Virus record (IMG/VR): IMGVR_UViG_3300020165_000007
Location: 1-64,000 of that record
DNA: 64,000 nt
Direction: 5' to 3' (one strand)
The notes beneath the pieces are model-generated. The model saw nothing but the letters and a program-made list of their open reading frames with translations. It did not search any database and was not told the DNA's origin. Made by a program: the position numbers and the translations under genes. Shown in pieces: positions 40,826 to 51,600 of the stretch. Each line of letters begins with the position of its first letter. Position 1 is the first letter of the stretch.

Positions 40826-40851
40826 AAAAAGAGACTCAATAGTCTCTTTTT
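40826..40851 (-). terminator. Intrinsic terminator upstream of the replication cassette
   Basis: AAAAAGAGACT-CAAT-AGTCTCTTTTT with A/T tails on both sides. Confidence 0.7.
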
Positions 40852-40875
40852 AATAAAAATATTTACACGGTTTAA

Positions 40876-41496
40876 TTACATGAGACCTTCATCTTCAAAT
40901 GGTTGGTCGAACGATTTTTTAATATTGCCGTCCGAATAACTTTCAATGTCATCACTTGTAAGTACGTATTCGTTTTTTCCTGTCTTTTCTAAATCTTCTT
41001 GCTTATCCATAAAGAAGTCAGTTAGTTTTTGATTATATGGATAACTATCTAAACTCCTTAACTGTAATTTTTCTTCAGGAGATTTTTGTCTATATTTTTC
41101 TATTTTAGTTTCCAACTGATTAATTCGGTCTAATATACTATCCATCTCTCCGAGTTTACTTGTTAAATCATCTAATTTACCAAACATAGTATCCATATAT
41201 TCATCCTGTTTATTAGACATATCTTTTTGTGTCGTCACTAAATCTGTAATGTCTAACTCTTCGGTACCGACTTCATCGGTAACATCAACTTCATCATCAC
41301 CACTAACAACTTCAACGTCTGGGTCATCACTTACATCCACAGGTTCAGGGACTTCGTCAACCTCTAAGTCATCTGTCTGAGCAATGTCTTCACCACCTTC
41401 ATCAGGTAAGTCCGTAACTTCCTCTTGCTCAAAAACATAATTATTTATGTTTTGATGTCTTTTTATTTCTTTTAATATTTTTTTATCTATTGACAT
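40876..41496 (-). CDS. Acidic coiled-coil protein, 206 aa (possibly virion-internal)
   Basis: Basic leader, D/E-rich region, heptad segment LDDLTSKLGEMDSILDRINQLETKIE. Confidence 0.7.
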   Translation of the reverse strand: MSIDKKILKEIKRHQNINNYVFEQEEVTDLPDEGGEDIAQTDDLEVDEVPEPVDVSDDPDVEVVSGDDEVDVTDEVGTEELDITDLVTTQKDMSNKQDEYMDTMFGKLDDLTSKLGEMDSILDRINQLETKIEKYRQKSPEEKLQLRSLDSYPYNQKLTDFFMDKQEDLEKTGKNEYVLTSDDIESYSDGNIKKSFDQPFEDEGLM

Positions 41497-41509
41497 AATA
41501 TTTTTTATT

Positions 41510-41734
41510 TTATCCGTTTAATAGTGTCTTCATTCCCTGTGGGGTCTCAACTCTTAGAGTTTTATTAACTTTCATAGTATTATCTACTCTTTCGATTAAC
41601 CCGTCTCTCATTCTTACCGTATAACAGTCTCCGGTATCTAAATCACACACTTCTTTATATCCGTTTCCGTTATCACGCTCAGTTAATCGACTATCCTTTT
41701 GTAGATATGTGTCTAATAAATTTTTTATGTTCAT
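41510..41734 (-). CDS. Hypothetical protein, 74 aa
   Basis: ATG ORF preceded by TATTTAT; contains EVCDLDTGDCY. Confidence 0.7.
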   Translation of the reverse strand: MNIKNLLDTYLQKDSRLTERDNGNGYKEVCDLDTGDCYTVRMRDGLIERVDNTMKVNKTLRVETPQGMKTLLNG

Positions 41735-41773
41735 TACTCTTTTTTATATAAATATATTGATTATTTGGAATAT

Positions 41774-44700
41774 TCAAATATCCCCCCTAGAAACTACCGA
41801 TGTAAAAATATCAAGCCATTCTTGATACTCATCTTTGTATTGAGTATTACCATTTATTTTAGTTTTTATAATGGCAATAATCTGTTGTGGAGTCCCTTGT
41901 ATTGGCTCAATCTCATATATTTGAGCTAAATATAAATACGCTAAAGCCTTAGGTGTTGTATTAGTCGTTTGAGTTTGTTGAAGTTCATTATCCATCGCCT
42001 CAAGTATTGAACCCAGTGGGTTAAATGTAGCTCTCATAAAATCGAGCGAATCTTTAATACTTGAAAATGAAGCGATAGGAAATGTTTGTTCGTTAACAAT
42101 AATACAAGTTTGAGAGTTGAAATATTGCGTCCTTTGTGTTGGTTTTATTTCTCTACTTGTAACCAAATCCATTAAATTATTATTATACACATTTTGCCTA
42201 ACTGGTAGGTTATGAGTAGCAATTCCATATATGAAAAATTTTAATTTATTGTTTGTGAATTGGTTGTTATTTACGTATTCTTTTACTTCTTGTCCATTAA
42301 CAGTAGTTGGTGTCATATCAACAAATGTCTTATCACTATATTTAGTTAGTGATTTACATTTTTCTTCAGGGACTTGACTAACATTTTTGGATTCAGATAA
42401 TGCAATTGTATTATTTGTTTTTCCTGATGGGTTATTAACTTCAATAGACCTTAACTTCTTTTGATATAGGCCTAACAATTCTCTGTTTACACTGGCAACC
42501 AATTTATCTGGTTTTGGGAATGAGTATTTAGGCATTCTTACCCCTTCAAAATTAGTCGTGAATCCCCTCGTACTTATACTATGATTAACATTCATTATAT
42601 AATATGGACCGTAAAACATAGGTACATTTGTTAGGTTAAAGTACATAGTCGGTTGTATCATAACATTACCTAAAGACTGTACCTGACATGTATAACTTCT
42701 AGATTTATAAAAATTATAAAGTGATTGAGTTTGTTGTGCAACCTTTTGACCTGACGCCTGCGCACCTAATTGTTCTAAGACCCCAAATGTCGGTCCAATA
42801 TTTTTATGTTGATTCATGTCAATAGATACTGAGTTAAATACTCCTTGGTTTCTTTTACCAAAGTCTACTTGAAACCCAACACATCTATTACTATCCGAAT
42901 AATTATCTTTATTTTGTTGATTTTCTCTCAATGGACAGTCTGACGGGTTAGTAATATCAAATGAGTCATTACCTTTCCTAATATTTTTATTTTGTTCCAT
43001 ACCTAAATTTTCTGATGGAGGTCCCATCCATATCCCTAACATTTTTGGTCTACTGTTTCTCGCATCGACCTCCATGAATGTTCCAAACAAATCATTCGGT
43101 ATATCTTGTGGGAAAGGTTCCCCTTTTTTTACTCTATCATCTCTACCATAAAAGTTTGTATATGCCGGTGTTGGCATAAAAACAAAATTATTTTTTTCAT
43201 ATATTGTCCCAAGTAAAGAATATACGGTAGTTTTATCATTTCTACCTCTTAAATACCCCTCAAGTTCTTTAATATTTATCACAATTTTATCCCCTATAGG
43301 TCTGTTGGCCCGGTCTAAAAATAAAAAATCTTCAAATATAGTTCTAGTTTTAAAATCTTGTCCAGACACCCACTTATCATTTAGTAGTTGGAACGATTTC
43401 CATAACTCTAACTTAGGTACATTTCCATCAATTTTTGAAATTCTAAGCGCGTCATCCGTGACCGAAACAGAGGGTAATTGTCTGTTTAGTTTAATAAAAA
43501 TATTATTTAATATATTCTGTTGGAATTTTTCCTTACCTATAAGTGCGTCATTTAAATCTTTTATGAATTTACTCTTATTGTATGTGTTGTCTTGTGATTT
43601 TTTAGCTGCGTATATTTTTATTAGGGATGATAAGTTTACAACGTTACTTTCGTTGAATTCGTAATCCATGTCTACGAAAAAATCTGTTAAATACGAACCA
43701 TTATCAGAGTATTTAAATCCGACCTCACTAAACTCTCCCACATTTAGATACATAGAGTTCCATGCGTCTGTGTAATTTCCCCTACTTTCACCTAAAGTAG
43801 TACTTCCACTTTGTGTTGGTAAACTGTTAGGGATGTATGTTTTAAAGTCATAAGGGTCCTTAATCATTTGATTACTGACTGTGGTTATTGAGCCGTAAAC
43901 TTTATTGTCATATTTTCCCGGATTTCCTATTTTTAATACAACTTCACGATATAACGCCTTTTCAATATGATAATTTAAAAAAGTAGTTAATTGCCCGTCA
44001 CTTATATTCTTAAGGTCTTCATCTATGTTATTGGTTATTGTTGGCTTATCGATGATAAATAGTGACTTCATAACCGTAGATAAATTTATATTGTATCCGT
44101 TAACGTTTAATCCGTTAAATGTAGATGGTATGTTGTTATATATCCTTTCTAATTCTAGTATCCTTTCATTATCTATTTCGACAGGACCCATACTTAATTC
44201 TACAAACTTTTCAAATGTAGTTTCACCTCTATTTACCTTATTAATGTTATATTTAGTATCTACTTCACAAAAGTTTAAGAAGTAAGACTCAAAATTATCC
44301 AACATTTCTTTTGTGAATACTCCAAATATATCGTCTATAGATGAGTATTGTAAAGTATCTGAATTACTTATATTAAACGGTTGAGTGTTTTTATTTTCGG
44401 GGTCTATATTTTTAATGTACTGTAATGGTGTTGGTTTATTTACCATTTCATTAGAAAAATACCCGAAGTTAGATGACGCCCAAAAAGACCTGACACTTCC
44501 ATTATAAATAGAATTATTAGTTGTTAAATTCTGTTTATATTTACCCTGATTATTAAAACATTCAAACTCCGCTTGATTAAATTTAACATCACCAAAAGAC
44601 GGTATAATTAATATCTTATCTTCTTGGTTTTCTCTAAAATCATAATTTCCTTTTATGTTAAAGTACTGTGACCAACTGTTCATATTGTATTGACCCCTCG

Positions 44701-47700
44701 TATCTCCGCTAGATATTATTTTATCTATACTTCCATTATCTGAATTACCTATTTTTAAATTTTTCTCAGTTTGTGCGGTTTGTATTTCATCTGAAGTGTA
44801 AGACGTAAAAATATCTTTTTTAGTGAAGTAGTAATATAGTTCGTTTATTACCTTTGGATAAAATCCATTTTCTACTTTCTTAGTGACGTATGGGTATGTT
44901 ATATTTAACACCTCATTAGGTATAGGGGAAATATCTTCCACTATAGTTCCGCTCACCTCCTCTAATTGTTTTATTGTAACGTTATTCCCACCATAATCTT
45001 CAAAAGTGTATGACTTAGATGTATCTCCTCCAATAGGGTCATACGCAAATTTATAGTCAAAGTCTTTCCATACATCATCTAAAATGTCGACACCACTCTC
45101 TTTATATTCTTTATATCTATGCCATATGGAACCATATTTTAATATCCAATAATAAGGGACTTTATGTACTGAAGAAAATTTATTTAATGTTGCAAAAATA
45201 TAGTTTAAATCTGTAGTGACATTATTATTGTATGATTTAAATTTTTCTTTTAATGTTGTTAGAGGTAAGGAATTTAAATATAGATACCCTAAAGCCACGT
45301 ATGGATTTTCTATTTCATTTTTTTCATTTTCAACTCCTTTAAGAATTGCGTTAGTAAAATAAGGCGTATTTAATAATGACGTGGTTTGAGTTTTAGTTAT
45401 AAAGTTTTTGGTAGTATCGTAATTATTACCGTATTCTAAAGTAGATTCTGTAATTATAAATTTTTCTTTTGTTCTATTATTATAATAGTTAATTACTTGA
45501 TTATTAGTCTCAAATATATTTTCACTGTTACTGTTTGGATTTGGATTAATTTCCGAAACTTCTTGGTTAGGTGAGGTAGACGTGTTTGTTATCCATTCAA
45601 AATATGAAAACATTTTTTTATCATATGTTTCGTCCTCATTAGAAAACGAAGCTATTGTCTTTTGGTCCTCGTTAAATGAAAACATTTTAGAAGTGTCGTT
45701 ACTAATTCTTATAGAATTGACTTTACTCCCTTCCGATAGATTGTTTTGTAACCAAGTAAGGTTATTAAATGGATAACCATCCGTAAATGTTAACTCGTCT
45801 GATTGATTTGAGTTAAGATATTTTATCAGTTTATCACTACTCTCACTAGACGAGGATACCCTAATCGAATTACCCTCTAAATATGAAAGTTTATAAACCC
45901 CAAAATCTTGATTTATTAAAGACTTAATATATGGGGTAGTAAAATCACCCCTGTTAAATAAATTCCAACTCTGACCCTGTCCGTTATTAGAAATACTTCT
46001 CATGTATTTTAATAAGTTTTCGTAACTGAATGAAAAGTTTTTTAATAGTTCAATTAATTCAGGAGATTTTACTACCGATTCTTGTAAATTAATGTATTCA
46101 AAATCACTGAAAACACTATACAATTCATTATTATAACCACTTTCTCTATATAATTTAGTGTAGTTAGAATTTAAAAAAGTTCTTTCAAATAATTCGTAAA
46201 AAAATGAAACAATCCTTAAATCATTATATGGCTGTCCTTGAAATGGGAACTCAATGGCGTTACAACTAATAAATGGGTTTTCTTTAAGTTCGTTGGGATA
46301 GTTAAAACCTAATGTTTGATTTTCAATCTGTACCGACCCTTTAACAAACTCTTCAACAAACTGTATTTCAGGCCACACACTATATTTCCACCCTTGTACT
46401 TTATTAACTTCCGACGAGTCGCCAGGATATTTGTCTTCATATAGCTCGTTACCATCCTCATCTATAGAGGTTACAAAATATTGAGGCCACGGGTATATTG
46501 TTGGTGAATCTTCTTTTTCAGTTCCGTAAGCACTTAACCCATTTAATAAGGCGTTTACCATAGTTGTCTCTGTTCCTTCCGATTTTTCGGGTGACATAAT
46601 GGCACCAACTCTAATGGGGTCTTTTCTTTTATCCCAAGCATCATCGTGAACTTTATCCATTAACCTTAAAAATCCGTCTGCGGATGCACATATCACAGCC
46701 ATAACGTTATTTATTGTAGGGTTAAATCCTAAACCAACATCAGGAGACTTTATTTTTTCGGCTAAAGCATAAGAAATTGTTTCTTCAACTTGTTGTTTTT
46801 TAGTTTCAAAATTATCTTGTAATTCTTCTAATTTTCTTAAAAAACTATTTTTAGTTAAATTGTTAGAATTATTTTGGTCTCCAAATACAATATACTGATT
46901 TAATAAAGAATCTTCTTCGACTGTCAATGTTTCCGCGTTAACAACTGTAGGTGGCACCGCAAGTTCCTTTATAATCACATTATTTTTAAAGTCGGATAAC
47001 TCTAACTCAGTAGGCGTCCCTTTGTATCTTAACTCATATGTATTATTATAATCCACTTCCGATTCTGTCGGTTTTTGTTTCTTAAAGTCAGATATCTTAA
47101 TATCACAATTTAATGAAGTCTCTATTTTTTTTCCATTCACTTTCACACTCCCATTAGTACCAAAAACAGGATTTTCATTAAGTATGGTATTGTATTTTTT
47201 AATTATACTTTCTAAGTTTGAGATTGAGTCTTTTCTTTTTTGTAGTTTTTCGTTTTTTCCTCCGTTATTTTTTATGGGATATAATATAGGTGAGTTTGGT
47301 GTTCTGTCTATTAAACCTAACCTGTTACTAATGTTTTCACTAAACCAATTATCCGTAAATAACCCATATATTTGATTCCTATATTCTGTAATCGTGTTTG
47401 AGTATTTTTGAATTTCAGTTAGTGGAGACATATCTTCCTTACCATAGGCCTCCATAACATACCTTTCAAAATTTTGTAGTTTCATTAACATTTGATTAAT
47501 TGTTAACTCTGGAAAATTATCTTCTATGAGTCCTTTGGCTTTGTAAGCGGAGTAGACCTCTTTAATTGTGTCGTAACCTTTTGTGGATTTTATTTGACGT
47601 AATTCTTGTGTATCCAAACCTGGTTGACTACTAGTCTTATTAGTTCCTATTGTTGTAGTCCTACTGTACATATGTGGTAATGCAAATAACGCCTCTATTG

Positions 47701-48388
47701 GAATGTCCGATAACATTGCATATGTTCGACTTATAAAATTGGTACTGATTTTATAGTTACCTGAAGATGGTTCAAATCTAGCGTTAAAATCTTTTAACAT
47801 TAACTCATACCTAATAGCCTTACCATAGTATCCTTTAAGTGTTAATGTAAATAATGGATATGGGAACTGAAAGAATGCACTATACGGTGAGTTTTCTCCT
47901 TGTTCAAATAGAACTCTTCCTTGCACATCCTCCATTTCAATACTAACTATAGCAGCAAAAGACGCATTAACTTTAACTGAAATATTAGTAATTCCTAACA
48001 TTTGACTGTCAGCGTCCCCACCTCTATTTTGACCTAAAGTTAAATTATCAGTCCATGAGGTATCTAAGTAATCGTCTTGCGTTTGAGATTGACCATTATT
48101 AACGGTCTGAGGTTTCATAAAATTTATAACAGTAGACTTATCTTGGTCTAACGCCCCTATTCGTATATTTTCAATAGTATCCTGAAAATTACTACCCACA
48201 ACTAATTTACTTCTAGGTATAACTTTAGTCTCTAAATTAGCGTACATAACTAACTCTTCTTGGTTGATTAACCGTTCAGATACTGTACCATCACTATCAA
48301 CAACTTTATTTGGGTCTATAATTATTATGTTGTCATAGTCTGTTTCTACATATACGTCTTGATTGTTAAAAAATTTGTTACCTGCCAT
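41774..48388 (-). CDS. Very large baseplate hub protein (gp27/VgrG/gpD-like), 2204 aa
   Basis: C-terminal SYTCQVQSLGNVMIQPTMYFNL...GPYYIMNVNHSIS..GFTTNFEGVR resembles the hub signature; follows the LysM/gp53-like gene. Confidence 0.65.
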   Translation of the reverse strand: MAGNKFFNNQDVYVETDYDNIIIIDPNKVVDSDGTVSERLINQEELVMYANLETKVIPRSKLVVGSNFQDTIENIRIGALDQDKSTVINFMKPQTVNNGQSQTQDDYLDTSWTDNLTLGQNRGGDADSQMLGITNISVKVNASFAAIVSIEMEDVQGRVLFEQGENSPYSAFFQFPYPLFTLTLKGYYGKAIRYELMLKDFNARFEPSSGNYKISTNFISRTYAMLSDIPIEALFALPHMYSRTTTIGTNKTSSQPGLDTQELRQIKSTKGYDTIKEVYSAYKAKGLIEDNFPELTINQMLMKLQNFERYVMEAYGKEDMSPLTEIQKYSNTITEYRNQIYGLFTDNWFSENISNRLGLIDRTPNSPILYPIKNNGGKNEKLQKRKDSISNLESIIKKYNTILNENPVFGTNGSVKVNGKKIETSLNCDIKISDFKKQKPTESEVDYNNTYELRYKGTPTELELSDFKNNVIIKELAVPPTVVNAETLTVEEDSLLNQYIVFGDQNNSNNLTKNSFLRKLEELQDNFETKKQQVEETISYALAEKIKSPDVGLGFNPTINNVMAVICASADGFLRLMDKVHDDAWDKRKDPIRVGAIMSPEKSEGTETTMVNALLNGLSAYGTEKEDSPTIYPWPQYFVTSIDEDGNELYEDKYPGDSSEVNKVQGWKYSVWPEIQFVEEFVKGSVQIENQTLGFNYPNELKENPFISCNAIEFPFQGQPYNDLRIVSFFYELFERTFLNSNYTKLYRESGYNNELYSVFSDFEYINLQESVVKSPELIELLKNFSFSYENLLKYMRSISNNGQGQSWNLFNRGDFTTPYIKSLINQDFGVYKLSYLEGNSIRVSSSSESSDKLIKYLNSNQSDELTFTDGYPFNNLTWLQNNLSEGSKVNSIRISNDTSKMFSFNEDQKTIASFSNEDETYDKKMFSYFEWITNTSTSPNQEVSEINPNPNSNSENIFETNNQVINYYNNRTKEKFIITESTLEYGNNYDTTKNFITKTQTTSLLNTPYFTNAILKGVENEKNEIENPYVALGYLYLNSLPLTTLKEKFKSYNNNVTTDLNYIFATLNKFSSVHKVPYYWILKYGSIWHRYKEYKESGVDILDDVWKDFDYKFAYDPIGGDTSKSYTFEDYGGNNVTIKQLEEVSGTIVEDISPIPNEVLNITYPYVTKKVENGFYPKVINELYYYFTKKDIFTSYTSDEIQTAQTEKNLKIGNSDNGSIDKIISSGDTRGQYNMNSWSQYFNIKGNYDFRENQEDKILIIPSFGDVKFNQAEFECFNNQGKYKQNLTTNNSIYNGSVRSFWASSNFGYFSNEMVNKPTPLQYIKNIDPENKNTQPFNISNSDTLQYSSIDDIFGVFTKEMLDNFESYFLNFCEVDTKYNINKVNRGETTFEKFVELSMGPVEIDNERILELERIYNNIPSTFNGLNVNGYNINLSTVMKSLFIIDKPTITNNIDEDLKNISDGQLTTFLNYHIEKALYREVVLKIGNPGKYDNKVYGSITTVSNQMIKDPYDFKTYIPNSLPTQSGSTTLGESRGNYTDAWNSMYLNVGEFSEVGFKYSDNGSYLTDFFVDMDYEFNESNVVNLSSLIKIYAAKKSQDNTYNKSKFIKDLNDALIGKEKFQQNILNNIFIKLNRQLPSVSVTDDALRISKIDGNVPKLELWKSFQLLNDKWVSGQDFKTRTIFEDFLFLDRANRPIGDKIVINIKELEGYLRGRNDKTTVYSLLGTIYEKNNFVFMPTPAYTNFYGRDDRVKKGEPFPQDIPNDLFGTFMEVDARNSRPKMLGIWMGPPSENLGMEQNKNIRKGNDSFDITNPSDCPLRENQQNKDNYSDSNRCVGFQVDFGKRNQGVFNSVSIDMNQHKNIGPTFGVLEQLGAQASGQKVAQQTQSLYNFYKSRSYTCQVQSLGNVMIQPTMYFNLTNVPMFYGPYYIMNVNHSISTRGFTTNFEGVRMPKYSFPKPDKLVASVNRELLGLYQKKLRSIEVNNPSGKTNNTIALSESKNVSQVPEEKCKSLTKYSDKTFVDMTPTTVNGQEVKEYVNNNQFTNNKLKFFIYGIATHNLPVRQNVYNNNLMDLVTSREIKPTQRTQYFNSQTCIIVNEQTFPIASFSSIKDSLDFMRATFNPLGSILEAMDNELQQTQTTNTTPKALAYLYLAQIYEIEPIQGTPQQIIAIIKTKINGNTQYKDEYQEWLDIFTSVVSRGDI

Positions 48389-48695
48389 AATAGAAGAAGT
48401 GAGTGTCTAATGCCTTTTTATAATCTTGTAAAGAATTTACCAAAGGAAAGGGTATAATTAAAACTGACCCGTCACTAATGTTGTTTTCCAACCCACCATA
48501 TTTTGGGTTAGCCATTAATATTAACCAACCAAAATAAGGAGTACCATAAAATTCTTGGCTTAATTTATCTAACCTACTCTGTGTCACTTTATAAATAAAT
48601 TTTTTATCTGTGGGTTTTGCAGGTAATGACACAAACGGTACAACCGTTTGTTTTCCGTTGATTAAGAAGTCTTGATATCTGTCGTAGTATCTCAT
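48378..48695 (-). CDS. LysM-like baseplate wedge protein (gp53/gpX-like)
   Basis: RLDKLSQEFYG.P..GWLILMANP...G.VLIIP. Confidence 0.8.
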   Translation of the reverse strand: MRYYDRYQDFLINGKQTVVPFVSLPAKPTDKKFIYKVTQSRLDKLSQEFYGTPYFGWLILMANPKYGGLENNISDGSVLIIPFPLVNSLQDYKKALDTHFFYYGR

Positions 48696-51600
48696 TAGTT
48701 AAATGTATATTTTCCGTTAAATTCTAAGTCTGTCCCTGAGTTTATACCATCAGTAAATATTGTATTAAAATAAAACACTTGATTGCTGTCAGCCTGCGAT
48801 TGTGGTTTTTGTATGTACGTAAAGTTTCTTTCTTTTTCTAAATTAAATGGATTATACAATGTAAATTTCTGAGAGAATCCAAACTTTAAAGAAGATATTT
48901 CTAGGTCGGACGAACGTTTTAATTCTTTATATACGTCAACCAATCCTGACTGTCCATCAATCGTTATCGGGTCTTGTCCGTCAAGTGATTCTGATGTGTT
49001 AGGGATTATTAACGTATCAAAACCGTATAGAATTTCATTTATATATTTTACCCAATCCTCTTTAAGTATAAGCTCTTCACCTAAAATTGTTTTTTTAACA
49101 GATTCAGGGTCATTTAATATGTTAAAATACGATGCAGTGCAAAATCTTGTTTGTGGTTCAGTATCATAGTCTTCAGATAAAAACCCTTGATAAAGGTTGT
49201 CTTTCCTTGGGTATTTTCCAAGTTCATCATCAAATAGAATATTATAGAACGCCTCTAAATCTCCCGCAACTGTTTGTATGTCCGCAATCATTTCTAAATT
49301 TGTATTTGCCTGTGATGATGATGGGTCAACAGTACTACTACCTGAGAGTTCAAAAATATCTATACTTCCTGTTTTATTTTTATACCCATCCGTATTTGCC
49401 GTAATTAAATTTGAAATATCGTTTTGTCTAACAAAATCGGTCTGAACATTTAATAAGTCCGTAATTTTACTGTTAAAAATACTTTGAAATACTCCCATCC
49501 TTAGATTAATAAAAGATTTTAGATTTTTTTTGAATTTTTTAACATCGCTGTTTTTGAAGTTTTGTTTGTCAATATTAGTAAATGGACTCTTTAAGAAAGG
49601 ATTTAAATTGTTATCAATATCTTCTATTAATTTAGTTTTAAGGTCGGATTCTTTATCTTGTAGTTTAATTGGTTTACCAAAAATTCTTGTAGTAAATCCA
49701 TCGGAACCGCTTAGGTATCCAGTTGAAGTTCCATTGGTATAGAGTCTATCTTGTGTGAAGTAACACACACCAATCTTAGATTGTAATCTGCTTATTGTTT
49801 CTAAAGAACTAATTACATTTTGTACATATGCCTGAGATTTTAAAACATAATCTTTCATAAATGATTTATAGTTAATATCACCCGTTAAAAAATCTTCAAC
49901 CTCTGTAGACGTTACCTGTCCTATAGTTTCGCCAGCCTCTTCGGTCCTTTCAACTTTCCCGTCTTTAACTGTAAAGTTACTATTCGCCTCTATTTTATCT
50001 AACTCGGACCTATCCAAATCTGTAGTATCTTCTGTAGGTACTGAACGTTCATCATATATTTCAGTATTACCAAAATAATTAAATGAAACCGCATTTTGTA
50101 ATCTACTAACAGGTTCTTTAAGACCTTGTCCCCCTATAAAATTAAATGACATATTTATATCGGCAATCATTGGTTGAACTCCTATACCTTCCGGATTTAA
50201 ATCAAACGTTAATGGTTCATAATTAATACTCATTTGTTGTATAACAATTTTAGTATGATAAAAATCACCTATTCTTAATATACAAATAGGTGGTGAACCA
50301 AACGCAGTATTTTTTATATCTCCCTGTCTAGGTTTACCGTCTTCACCTATTACCGGTATTGTGTCTCCGGGTCTTAAACATTGTTGTAAAAAAGTAAGAC
50401 GTGAGTTTAGTCCTTCAGGTGTTATTGAGTGAAATGTCGGATGAAAAAAACTAAGTTTATCTTTTATTCCTTGATATACTTGTGGTGAGTCCTCTTTCAT
50501 TTTGTTGAAGTAGTCGCACTCGGTTAGTAATTTTTTGACTATTATCTTAGCAACATTTCTTTTTTCTCTCACTTCTTTGGCTTCTATTTGTCTTTGAACT
50601 TCCGTCTTACCTGTAACGGTTTCAGTTATAATTGTTTCTTCAATAATAGGCTCTAAGTCTTGTGGATTGGGTTCTGGTGGAATTTCCTCAATTGTAGTAG
50701 CAAAGGAAACCGCTCTACACCCCATAGCTGCTGTGGAATATATTTTGTCAGCTCCTGTTAATTCTTCACTACACGAAACACCATTAATATTTGTGTTTTC
50801 ACCTACGGTCACTTCAATAATATTTAACTTATCTTGATGCTTGTCTAAATCTGAAAAACTTAAAATATATTTTTTTACTGAGTCTACCCTTCTTTTACTT
50901 AAGGATAAATTGTACGCATCACTATTAGGTGAAGAGGCGGAACCCTCTAATTTTATATTAACTATAGCTCCCTTATCAATCGCTTCTTTTATTTTAACAC
51001 ATAATTCTTTTGTTTTTTGTTCAATATTAAAAATATTTTCTTGGAAGAATACTCCAGTAGGTTCTTTTTGGTCCTCATCGGCGTATGTATAATAATTCGC
51101 TTGATTAAGAATATATGCGGATAAATTAGACGAGTAAGACTCTTCGGTGGTGGTTGAGTTTGCGTTTTGGGGGCCAGGAACATCATTGTCAAAGTAGAAC
51201 GAATAACTATAATCATTTGTAGTTATTATGGGTGTATATTCTTCAATGACGGGCTCTGTGGTTGTTATCTGAGTGCTTTGTATTTCATTTTGAAAATATT
51301 CATAGTCAGTGACATTTTGTGTTGTAGTCACAATATCATATATATCTTTAAGAGTAAACTGAGGAAACCTCTGAGCTAATTCGTAAATATCATATTTTCT
51401 ACATCCTGCAAAGAACGAATCAACAATATCATTTATCTTTTGGTTGTCTTTCCCGTCTAATTCTTTATCGACTATAGCGTTCAATATTGATGGGTGGTCA
51501 ACAACTATCTTCCAGTTTAAATTACCCTGTCTAGTCGTGTAATTATATGTGTAAATGGGTTCAGGTCTTCCTAAAAATTGATTTGTAGTCCAGTCAGCAC

